IMG/VR virus record: IMGVR_UViG_2675903043_000002
Location: 1-64,000 of that record
Source of the DNA: a virus
Taxonomy: Duplodnaviria; Caudoviricetes
Reading direction: 5' to 3' (one strand)
DNA: 64,000 nt
The position numbers were made by a program, and so were the translations under genes. Under the pieces are notes generated by a model that worked only from the letters and a program-made list of their open reading frames with translations, was not told the origin of the DNA and did not search any database. This document shows positions 49,467-57,652 of this stretch, piece after piece (positions within the stretch are counted from its first letter, which is position 1; each line of letters starts with the position of its first letter).

Positions 49467-50635
49467 CGTTACAGCTGCAACGCTTCATTAATGGCGATAC
49501 CAATTACATCACGAAACACAACAGCAACCTCGATTTGATCGAGGCAGCCATCGCCTCGCTGGAATTGCTGGCTAGCAACAGTACGGCAGCGAGCAGCGTC
49601 AATGTGGCCAAAGCATTTCAGGCGCTGTTTGGCGTAAGCGCGAGTTTAATCGGTGCGGATAGTTATAAATGCACCGGCTCAGGCAATAATCTGACGGTGC
49701 AGCCTGGCTTTTGCTGGCGGCCAAGCTTGAATGCAGTAGTATCCAAAACGACCATTACCACTATCAGCTTCTCTGGTGTTTCTGCGGGTACCTGGTACAT
49801 AACCGTCGATTCGAGCGGTACCCCTATCCGCACCAATAGCATTACTGAAGCAGCTTATAGCATAGTGTGGACCGGCTCGGCCTTTGGCACCATTACCCGC
49901 TTGCTCAATGTGGTGTGGGGCGCGGCCGATGAAGTGGCAGCACAGAGTAGTACCGTGCTTGGTACAAGCTTTACCAGCCTCGACAGCAGATTGGAAGCGA
50001 GTGAAAACAAGGCGGTGGCGGGCGATCTGGCGAGAACGTATCTATTAGGCAGACTGAGCAAATCAGTAGCAGGTAATAGCAATGTTACTTTGACTGCCGA
50101 TGAGGCGAATAACCTGGAGCTGGTATTCACCGGTGCAGTATCGGGCGAGATCAACATCTCCGTACCGCTCAGCAATGCGCCGCGCTCCTGGCTAGTAATC
50201 AATAATACCACTGGCGGCTATAAGCTTACCCTAAAAGGGCTGAGTGGCACCGGTGTAGCTATGCCTGTTGGCACCGCTTTCTGGGTCTATCACGACGGCA
50301 CTAATATTCTGGCACTCCCTAAAGCAGCCGTTCTCACCCTCCCCTATAACACCAGCATAACTGCAGATTTCTCATGTGCAGACATCATCAAAATCACGCT
50401 CGGCGGTAATGCCATCATTACGCTCACAGGAGCAAAGGACCGGCAAAAATGCATGCTGGAATTAACGCAAGATAGCGTGGGAGGAAGAACTATAACGCTC
50501 GTGAATCATCGCTTCGGTTCGGATTTAACCAATATAACGTTATCTACCGGGCCAGGGTTGACAGACAAGATCGGTTTTATTTATGACGCGGTCGCAGCCA
50601 AATTTGACGTGGTCGCTTTGATGAGGGGGTTCTGA
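49463..50635 (+). CDS. Tail fiber-like protein
   Basis: Ser/Thr/Gly-rich; WLVINNTTGGY and LELTQDSVGGRTIT motifs seen in fiber proteins. Confidence 0.6.
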   Translation: MTLQLQRFINGDTNYITKHNSNLDLIEAAIASLELLASNSTAASSVNVAKAFQALFGVSASLIGADSYKCTGSGNNLTVQPGFCWRPSLNAVVSKTTITTISFSGVSAGTWYITVDSSGTPIRTNSITEAAYSIVWTGSAFGTITRLLNVVWGAADEVAAQSSTVLGTSFTSLDSRLEASENKAVAGDLARTYLLGRLSKSVAGNSNVTLTADEANNLELVFTGAVSGEINISVPLSNAPRSWLVINNTTGGYKLTLKGLSGTGVAMPVGTAFWVYHDGTNILALPKAAVLTLPYNTSITADFSCADIIKITLGGNAIITLTGAKDRQKCMLELTQDSVGGRTITLVNHRFGSDLTNITLSTGPGLTDKIGFIYDAVAAKFDVVALMRGF

Positions 50636-51657
50636 TGAGTTTAATCTTTTTTGATGGTTTCGAGACTTACGCTACCGCTGATATTTTGAAAGAATGGAAC
50701 AGCACCACCGGTCCAGTGGCGATCAGCGCCACAGGGGGTAGACGCGGTGGAGGTGCTTTGTTGGCACCGAGTTCCTCCTCTTTTGGCTGGGCGTCCAAGA
50801 CGCTGCCCGCAAATTACTCTACCTTGATCGTGGGGTTTTCATTCAGCCCGAGCATTTTGCCTTCTTTAACCAATTTCATCCTTCGTCTCATGGATGGTGG
50901 AACTCAACAATTAGAATTAGGCGTTAACCCAGCGGGTAATGTTGTCGTGAGCCGCAACGGCACGGTTTTGGGAACCAGCACTGCCGTGCTTGCCGCAGCT
51001 GAGCAGTATGTGGAATTGAAAGCTACGATCCATGACACTTCTGGTGCCTTTGAGGTGAGATTGAACGGAGTCAATATTCTGTCTGCCTCGAATGTCGACA
51101 CTAAAAATACCGCCAATGCTTTTGTCAATCAGGTGGCTTTGGGGGTACCTGGCAATACCGGCCTCTCTTCGATATTCAAGTATGATGATTTTTATCTGCT
51201 CGATACCACGGGACCTGCGCCCAACAATGATTTTCTGGGTGATGTGCGCATCGATGCGGTTTATCCTAGCGCGGATGGGAATTACACCGATTGGACGCCA
51301 AGCACAGGTACCAGCCATTATGCCTTGGTGGATGATCCCACGCCCAACACCACCGATTACAATGCGAGCAATGTGATCGGACAGAAAGATAGCTATGTGA
51401 TGGGCGATCCGCCATCATTAGCCAGCCAAATCATTTACGGAGTCAGAGTGAAAGTCGCTGCGCTCAAGGATGATGCCGGCTCTCGCTCGCTTAAAATCGG
51501 TATCCGATCTGGCACTACCGATAGCCTTGGCGCTGCCCAGGCGTTATCCACTTCGCAAATCTATTACTCGAACATTCACGAAGTGGACCCGAACACCGGG
51601 GCAGCCTGGACACCGGCTGCGGTTAACGCGATGGAAGTTGTCATCGAGTCGGCATAA
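50635..51657 (+). CDS. Virion structural protein, beta-sandwich / lectin-like
   Basis: FFDGFE start, YVELKA, YDDFYL and DPNTGAAWT motifs. Confidence 0.55.
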   Translation: MSLIFFDGFETYATADILKEWNSTTGPVAISATGGRRGGGALLAPSSSSFGWASKTLPANYSTLIVGFSFSPSILPSLTNFILRLMDGGTQQLELGVNPAGNVVVSRNGTVLGTSTAVLAAAEQYVELKATIHDTSGAFEVRLNGVNILSASNVDTKNTANAFVNQVALGVPGNTGLSSIFKYDDFYLLDTTGPAPNNDFLGDVRIDAVYPSADGNYTDWTPSTGTSHYALVDDPTPNTTDYNASNVIGQKDSYVMGDPPSLASQIIYGVRVKVAALKDDAGSRSLKIGIRSGTTDSLGAAQALSTSQIYYSNIHEVDPNTGAAWTPAAVNAMEVVIESA

Positions 51658-52316
51658 TGACGGCAGCTCGATCAAGCCAAGTTGTTGCGGAGATACTGCG
51701 CAACAACACAGCAGTTAAAGCGCACGCTAGTCAAGCGGCCGCCGCAGTTTTACGCAAAAATACGAGTGTCAATATCCAGGCGAGTCATGCCATCGCCGGA
51801 GTATTGCGGCAAAATACAGCGGTCAAAGCACAAGCGCACCAGCTTATTGCGTCTATTTTACGCAAGGAGGTGACGCCACCCAATATTCAGGTAAGCCAAT
51901 TAACCGCAGAGACATTGAGGCCGTCGATCATCACTGCACAGGTTAGTCAAGTCGTAACCGAGGTAATTAGCGCAGAGCGAACCTTGAAGGCAATCTTACC
52001 GCTCAGCGTAACACTCCAGGCTGATCTGGTGTCTGGCTTGGTTCTGGGGTCAATCTTTACCGCATCTCTCGATACCGAAGCCAGATTGGAGCTTGGCACT
52101 GAGCTGGCTTTCACACAATTTTCCACATCGATCGAGGTGCAAGCCGCATTGCAGTTTCAGTCAAGATTATCGGCTATCTTCCCTACTCATACCGCTACGC
52201 AAGCAAGTTTGCAGCAGGGCTCTGAATTGATGGTCACCCTACCCATTACGCTCAAACAGCGTGCTGGCTTGAAAGTTTATCCCGAATCCGTTACTGGGTT
52301 TTTCTTATTGTTTTGA
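51657..52316 (+). CDS. Tail-region protein with ~18-aa tandem repeats
   Basis: Repeats such as SQVVAEILRNNTAVKAHA / SQAAAAVLRKNTSVNIQA / SHAIAGVLRQNTAVKAQA. Confidence 0.6.
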   Translation: MTAARSSQVVAEILRNNTAVKAHASQAAAAVLRKNTSVNIQASHAIAGVLRQNTAVKAQAHQLIASILRKEVTPPNIQVSQLTAETLRPSIITAQVSQVVTEVISAERTLKAILPLSVTLQADLVSGLVLGSIFTASLDTEARLELGTELAFTQFSTSIEVQAALQFQSRLSAIFPTHTATQASLQQGSELMVTLPITLKQRAGLKVYPESVTGFFLLF

Positions 52317-52328
52317 TCAGGAGTCACT

Positions 52329-52742
52329 ATGAGTTCAGCTACGAATATGCTGGAAGAATCTATTGGCAACCATCTGTTACGCACGGCTACATGGCCAAAA
52401 CCAGCAGGCATTTATATTGCGCTTTTTACTACGCTTCCGCTCGAAGATGGCACCGGTGGCGTAGAGGTGTCAGGCGGTAACTACGCCAGAGTGCAGAATG
52501 GCCCTAGTGATGCTGCCTGGAATGCGCCCACGGGCGGCAATGGTGAGTTCTCTAATGCTGCAGCAGTTGTGTACGGCGCACCTAATGCCAATTGGGGAAA
52601 CGTAGTCGGCGCAGGTATTTATGATGCTTCTACCGGTGGCAGCCTACTAGCGATGGCCAATCTCGATACGACCAGGAATATCGTGGCAGGCGATCCAGCA
52701 CCGAATTTCCCAGCGGGCGCATTGAAATTCATCTTTGCTTAA
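52329..52742 (+). CDS. Small tail-fiber-associated protein
   Basis: YIALFTT, GGVEVSGGNYAR, WGNV and GIYDASTGG motifs. Confidence 0.65.
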   Translation: MSSATNMLEESIGNHLLRTATWPKPAGIYIALFTTLPLEDGTGGVEVSGGNYARVQNGPSDAAWNAPTGGNGEFSNAAAVVYGAPNANWGNVVGAGIYDASTGGSLLAMANLDTTRNIVAGDPAPNFPAGALKFIFA

Positions 52743-52783
52743 CATCACTTTCTTTTCTCATCCTGTTTCATCTCACCCCTACC

Positions 52784-52803
52784 CCGCCTTTGGCGGTTTT
52801 TTT
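52784..52803 (+). terminator. Terminator-like hairpin between tail and lysis genes
   Basis: CCGCC-TTT-GGCGG followed by T7. Confidence 0.55.
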
Positions 52804-52820
52804 ATTTCTGGAGCTTACAA

Positions 52821-53108
52821 ATGAATCTACCTACTCTGTATAACGGCATGGTCGTCATGCCGCAAGATGAGTTCGAACAGTTGCTCGAACAAGCAGCCGC
52901 ACGCGGGGCCAAGCGTGCATTAGCAGATGTCGGCCTGGAAGGCGAAGATGCTGCGCACGACATTCGTGAGCTGCGTGATCTGCTCGATGCTTTCAATACC
53001 GCCAAGCGTACCGCCTGGCAGACGATAATCAAGATCATTACCACAGGCTTTGTTCTAGCTCTAATTGCAGGCGCACTACTAAAAATTGAATTATTTGGAG
53101 GTCAGTAA
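52821..53108 (+). CDS. DUF6127 family holin-like membrane protein
   Basis: AARGAKRALADVGL...DIRELRDLL plus a C-terminal TM helix; precedes the endolysin. Confidence 0.7.
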   Translation: MNLPTLYNGMVVMPQDEFEQLLEQAAARGAKRALADVGLEGEDAAHDIRELRDLLDAFNTAKRTAWQTIIKIITTGFVLALIAGALLKIELFGGQ

Positions 53109-53620
53109 TGGTTGAAACTATCATTGATGACATCATTCGCCGTGAAGGCAACTTCATCAATCACCCCAATGATCGCGGTGGTCCAACTAAATATGGCATC
53201 ACGGCCAAAACACTCGGAGGATGGCTTCATCTAGGTCGGCTAGCCACAAGCGAGGAAGTGGCGGTGCTCACCGAAGCAGAAGCACGAGAAATTTATCGTC
53301 ATCAATACATTGTAGAGCCAGGCTTTGATGCAATCACGCATCCGGCGCTGCAAGCCCTGCTGGTAGATAGCGGTGTGCATTCTGATCCAAGAACGGCAGT
53401 GCATTGGCTGCAAACAGCCTTAAGTGTGGTCGCTGATGGAGTAATTGGCCCGAAGACACTTGCTGCTATAGCGGCTACCGATCAAAATAAACTCTATAGA
53501 AAAGTTCTTGCAGCACGCGTTCGCCACTTGGGGCGATTGATCACCAATGATCCCAAGCAATCGGTCTTTGCCGCTGGCTGGATGAACCGAATGGCAGAAT
53601 TTGTGGAGGGTACCGTATGA
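53108..53620 (+). CDS. Endolysin, glycoside hydrolase family 108 with PG-binding domain
   Basis: REGNFINHPNDRGGPTKYGIT, DGVIGPKT and FAAGWMNR motifs. Confidence 0.9.
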   Translation: MVETIIDDIIRREGNFINHPNDRGGPTKYGITAKTLGGWLHLGRLATSEEVAVLTEAEAREIYRHQYIVEPGFDAITHPALQALLVDSGVHSDPRTAVHWLQTALSVVADGVIGPKTLAAIAATDQNKLYRKVLAARVRHLGRLITNDPKQSVFAAGWMNRMAEFVEGTV

Positions 53621-54045
53621 TTCCAATTCTGACTATGTTAGCGCCAGGATTGATTGAGGCTGGCAGCCGTCTGCTCGATCGGTTGATTCCCGATCCGGCT
53701 GAACGCGAAAAAGCCAAGCTCGCATTACTTCAGGCCGAAGGGCAACAAGCATTGCAGGAGATGCAAACAAGCTTGTCGGCCATCCTGGCTGAAGCGAATT
53801 CCGCTGATCCGTGGACGAGCCGGGCACGGCCGACTTTTCTGTATGTGATCTACGGTGTAATTTTGCTTTGTGTACTCGGATCTATCCTTGGCATCTGGTG
53901 GCCGGCTCATGTTTTCCAGGCAGCGGAGAATTTGAATAAGCTTTTGGGAGCTGTGCCGGAGAGCTTGTGGTGGTTGTTTGGGACTGGTTACCTTGGTTAT
54001 ACAGGGGCTAGGAGTTTTGACAAGTGGAAAGTGCCAGGGCGATAG
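53617..54045 (+). CDS. Holin (3TM family)
   Basis: DRLIPDP, WTSRARPTFLY and GYLGYTGARSFDK motifs. Confidence 0.85.
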   Translation: MIPILTMLAPGLIEAGSRLLDRLIPDPAEREKAKLALLQAEGQQALQEMQTSLSAILAEANSADPWTSRARPTFLYVIYGVILLCVLGSILGIWWPAHVFQAAENLNKLLGAVPESLWWLFGTGYLGYTGARSFDKWKVPGR

Positions 54046-54259
54046 CCCCAGCCAGCCGATACGATAATCCCCCGATCTCACTGCCGACGATGCTAATGGG
54101 GTGCTCACCCAAGACCCAGAACGCTGCTGCTCAGCACTGCCCACCAAGTTAGTTAGTTGGCCGCGGCCATTGTTATTGACTCGAGATTAGCTCGTCCAGA
54201 GTAAAAGGGCGAGACCCAGTAGCTCTTCACGTCGTCTGAAGCAAAATACACCTGTAAAC

Positions 54260-54290
54260 GCTTGACTTCACCGCCTAACAGCGTGTTCAT
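54260..54290 (+). promoter_or_regulatory. Promoter-like motif GCTTGWCTT-N16-GTTCAT (copy 2)
   Basis: GCTTGACTTCACCGCCTAACAGCGTGTTCAT, ending 30 nt before ATG 54320. Confidence 0.5.
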
Positions 54291-54319
54291 GTCATCCACA
54301 TCAACAACGGAGTACAGCG

Positions 54320-54610
54320 ATGAGCAATCAATTCAAGAGGGCCATCATTGATGATGTCATCTCGCGTAACATTGACCCCACAGTGCAAGCTAACTTACTT
54401 GACATATTTGAGTTGGCTATGAAGTCGGTAGCCACCACCCTGGTGCGTGAGGCCAAGTTCGACACGTCCGATTTCGCTACCGCCGAAGAGCGAGGCTGCG
54501 AGGACTTTTCCTTACTCGTGAGCCGGGTCCGCTCCGACTCCCGTAACGAATGGTTCGGCTCGTTTCAGCGGGGCGAGAAGCGCCTCGATGTCATCGGCCA
54601 CCTCGAGTAG
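54320..54610 (+). CDS. Hypothetical protein
   Basis: 96-aa ORF with a GGAG RBS and an upstream promoter-like motif. Confidence 0.65.
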   Translation: MSNQFKRAIIDDVISRNIDPTVQANLLDIFELAMKSVATTLVREAKFDTSDFATAEERGCEDFSLLVSRVRSDSRNEWFGSFQRGEKRLDVIGHLE

Positions 54611-54616
54611 CCTTCC

Positions 54617-55564
54617 TCAGTCCGTCATCTCGGGCGCATCCCAATCGGTCAGCCTTGCTTCCCCGGTCTGGTAGAATTGCTTCACCAACTTCACGTATTC
54701 CAGAAAATCCCGATTCTCAGTTGCCAGCCGGTTAGCCATGCCCCAATCGATCTCATCTCTTTCGCGGGCAGGAATCAAGACCTGGCTTTCTGCCGGGTTG
54801 TCGGCATCCAGTTTGATCAGGCCGATGCCGTGCGCCGCGAACAGCATTCGCAGTTCCTTGAGCGTGTCCTGGCCCTCGATCTCCGCTGCGACCAGATAGC
54901 CAAAATTGGCCCAAGACGAGTTGGAAACCGCTTGGAAAAAGCATTCACGCACGTTCGACCGGTTGATCAGGAACTTGGCCTCGAACGACCACAACTTGGT
55001 GCGCTTGTCGGAATACTGATTCACACAGTCTCGCACCTCCTGGTGCCACTCAGCACCCAAGTCCTCCATCCCGACCACGTCCGGGTACAGCCAACGGTTG
55101 CCGTTCGGCCCTCGTTTGTTCGATGAGCGCTTCTCGTCGATACGCTTCGAATAGACGCCAAACTCCTCCCACAGATACATCGAAAGCAGTGGGTACATGG
55201 CATGCTCGCCAAGCTTGGCATTGTTACTATCTGCCGTGTGCGTGGCAGTCACGCCCTCAGCCGCCGCAACTTCGGCAACATCAGATTTCTCCGAATAGTA
55301 GTACTTGCGCGGCCGACCCTCGGTAGTCTTCAGTTCTGGGTTCCGTTTCTGTAAACGTGGGCGCTGCGAGCTAATTTCCGCGACCAGCTGCTGCACCAAA
55401 TCACCATCGGATCTGATGTAGTCACCGCGACTATTGGATTTCTTCTCCTGACACTCAGCGGGATAGGTACTAAAAATCCACTCTGCGATCTGCCTTGCAG
55501 CCAGCTTTTCTTCGGGCCGTGCCTTCAAACAATCCAGTACGGCTTTCGCCAAATTCAAAGCCAT
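54617..55564 (-). CDS. hrgA: HrgA / COG2958 family protein (HTH + PD-(D/E)XK)
   Basis: EHAMYPLL, NRWLYPDVVG, WSFEAK and FFQAVSNSSWANFGYLVA motifs. Confidence 0.85.
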   Translation of the reverse strand: MALNLAKAVLDCLKARPEEKLAARQIAEWIFSTYPAECQEKKSNSRGDYIRSDGDLVQQLVAEISSQRPRLQKRNPELKTTEGRPRKYYYSEKSDVAEVAAAEGVTATHTADSNNAKLGEHAMYPLLSMYLWEEFGVYSKRIDEKRSSNKRGPNGNRWLYPDVVGMEDLGAEWHQEVRDCVNQYSDKRTKLWSFEAKFLINRSNVRECFFQAVSNSSWANFGYLVAAEIEGQDTLKELRMLFAAHGIGLIKLDADNPAESQVLIPARERDEIDWGMANRLATENRDFLEYVKLVKQFYQTGEARLTDWDAPEMTD

Positions 55565-55612
55565 TTATTGCCTCTTAGCGCCGCATACACAGCATCAATG
55601 TCGAACAAACAA

Positions 55613-57085
55613 TTACCACAGCCCTAATCCCTGGTAATGCTGCCGTTTTGTTTCTAATTCCACCGAGTTATTGATCACACGTAAAGCGTGTTTTAAATAT
55701 CCCACAGCGGCAGAATAGTCTCGCATCTGCTCACAAACTTGGATCAAGCGGATTAGAACTTGGGGTTTGCTTGGGCACTTTCTATTGATCGCCTCAAGTG
55801 CTTCGCGCGCCTCCGGAAAGTTGGCTTCCAAGCCAAATAGGATCGCGCGCAAGAAATCAAGCTCTAACGATTCTCCATCCTGCCTCTCAGCATCCTGAAT
55901 GAGATCCTTTGCGGGGTTCATTTTCCGAAGCGTCAGTAACGTCTTAATGCCAAGCAGCCGGATCAATTGTTGATCGTTTCCCTGCAAGTCGCTCTTGTAT
56001 TCTCGATTGAATACTTCTTCGAACTGGAACAGTCTGTTTGCGCGATAGAGCGCATTGAGCTGTTGCAACAAAGCAGCAGAGTCGTGGGAGCGGGAAAATT
56101 CATCTTCCGCTATTCTTGCCGCCTTTAGGTAGTCCTTTGTCTCCAGAGCCTCGACAACTGATGTCGACCAATCTACAGAAACTTGTCCACCAAATGATGT
56201 TATGGCGTACTGCGGGGAGCTTAATTGATTTTGCCTTGCTAGTTCAAAAGCAGTGCGGAGAGATGCAATATCGTGGTATCGATCTGAAGGTAATCTTTCC
56301 ATGCACCTAAGGATCAGCGCATCAACCATCGGTACAATGTTAGCATTGATTTCACTGGGGCGCTTAAATGGCGCATGGCGACGCACTTGAGAGGGTGTGT
56401 CATGAGGTAGTTGCCCCGTTAGCAACTGGTATAAAAGAACGCCGAGGCTGTAGATGTCGCCTCGCAGCAAGTCCTCAAAAGTCCCTTTACGAGAGACACT
56501 ATCGGAAAATTCTGGAGCAGCGTACAGAACTGTGCCGCCGTTTTCCCTGGTTCGGACATAAATTTCCTCTGGAAGAGCGGAGCTTCCAAAGTCAGTCAAC
56601 TTCACCAAATCACCCGCACCCACAAGAATATTGTGCGGCTTGATGTCGCCATGCGAAATGGGTGTTGGCAAGGTCGCCAAGAATCCAACGGCGTCGAGCA
56701 CCTGCGCGTAGATGCTGAACAGTCGCTCAAACGTGTTACCGAAATTTTGATTCCTTCGCTCCAATTTTTGGGCAAGGCTTTGGCTCGGGAAATACTCCAT
56801 TTCGATGAAGAACCATTCGTTCTCCGGAGGAATTCTCCCCATATTGCAAATCCGAACAATATTGGGATGAGGATCTATTGTGAGTAGTTCTTTCCCCTCG
56901 GCAAGTAGGCGATCATCTTTTGTCAGGTCTTTAGGTATCTTCACCGCGACGATGGTGCTGTCTGACAGTCTCTCCGCCCGCCATACCCAACCATGACTGC
57001 CGTCACCGAGGCATTCGAGCAAGAGATACCTATCGCCTAAGCGCTTATTGGTTCCCGGCAGAAAGTGTGCGGACTTAATATTCAC
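55613..57085 (-). CDS. Hanks-type Ser/Thr protein kinase with C-terminal TPR-like region
   Basis: LGDGSHGWVW, VAVKIPK, HGDIKPHN, DFG, APE and DIYSLG motifs; helical C-terminus. Confidence 0.92.
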   Translation of the reverse strand: MNIKSAHFLPGTNKRLGDRYLLLECLGDGSHGWVWRAERLSDSTIVAVKIPKDLTKDDRLLAEGKELLTIDPHPNIVRICNMGRIPPENEWFFIEMEYFPSQSLAQKLERRNQNFGNTFERLFSIYAQVLDAVGFLATLPTPISHGDIKPHNILVGAGDLVKLTDFGSSALPEEIYVRTRENGGTVLYAAPEFSDSVSRKGTFEDLLRGDIYSLGVLLYQLLTGQLPHDTPSQVRRHAPFKRPSEINANIVPMVDALILRCMERLPSDRYHDIASLRTAFELARQNQLSSPQYAITSFGGQVSVDWSTSVVEALETKDYLKAARIAEDEFSRSHDSAALLQQLNALYRANRLFQFEEVFNREYKSDLQGNDQQLIRLLGIKTLLTLRKMNPAKDLIQDAERQDGESLELDFLRAILFGLEANFPEAREALEAINRKCPSKPQVLIRLIQVCEQMRDYSAAVGYLKHALRVINNSVELETKRQHYQGLGLW

Positions 57086-57627
57086 ATCAACCTCTCACAC
57101 CGAATCTGTTTGAGAAGCAGAGTTCCGCTGCGTTCAATCTCAAAAATAAACCGGCTAAACAGAACAGCTGTATTTCGTATTGCTGGCACCTGCGCTCCAA
57201 CCGACGATTTGAAGCCTTGTCGACATCGCTGCAGAAACACATCTTTATTCGGCGCAGAGACAACCCCTTTGCTCCATGCCGAAAGAATCAGCACTGTAGG
57301 AGCATCTCCCCACCTCATGGATGCCTCAAGTAGATTGCAAAGCTTCTCGTCGAGTTTTTTTTGTCCTCGATCGGTGCCATCGAAGCGTTCGAACTCAATC
57401 AATGCATCAGGCGTGCGCTGCGTTCGACTAAACCAGGTTGAGTCGGAACGAATGTCCGCACCATGCGTCATCGGCACTGGACACTCTGCTACCGCCATAA
57501 AGCCAAGCTCAGATCCAAGCTCATTCCAGGCACTGCAACCCAAGCTGTGAATTAAGACATCCTCGTCGCGAACACCCCAGCTAGACAGCATGGGGTAGCT
57601 GCGATCGATAAACTCCAGTGAGGACAT
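57082..57627 (-). CDS. Small PD-(D/E)XK-like (restriction-endonuclease fold) protein
   Basis: AVAEC...IRSDSTW...ALIEFER pattern (E...D...ExE); likely start MSSLEF at 57627. Confidence 0.55.
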   Translation of the reverse strand: MSSLEFIDRSYPMLSSWGVRDEDVLIHSLGCSAWNELGSELGFMAVAECPVPMTHGADIRSDSTWFSRTQRTPDALIEFERFDGTDRGQKKLDEKLCNLLEASMRWGDAPTVLILSAWSKGVVSAPNKDVFLQRCRQGFKSSVGAQVPAIRNTAVLFSRFIFEIERSGTLLLKQIRCERLM

Positions 57628-57652
57628 TTCGGCACAAATGCGCCCTGTGAGG

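Larger units (their letters stand above)
6811..54610. mobile_element. Lambda-like siphovirus prophage with a large serine recombinase (boundaries approximate; may extend further right)
   Basis: Ordered modules for recombination, regulation, replication, packaging, head, tail and lysis. The left end is inferred from the tmRNA fragment; no right att site is seen. Confidence 0.85.
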
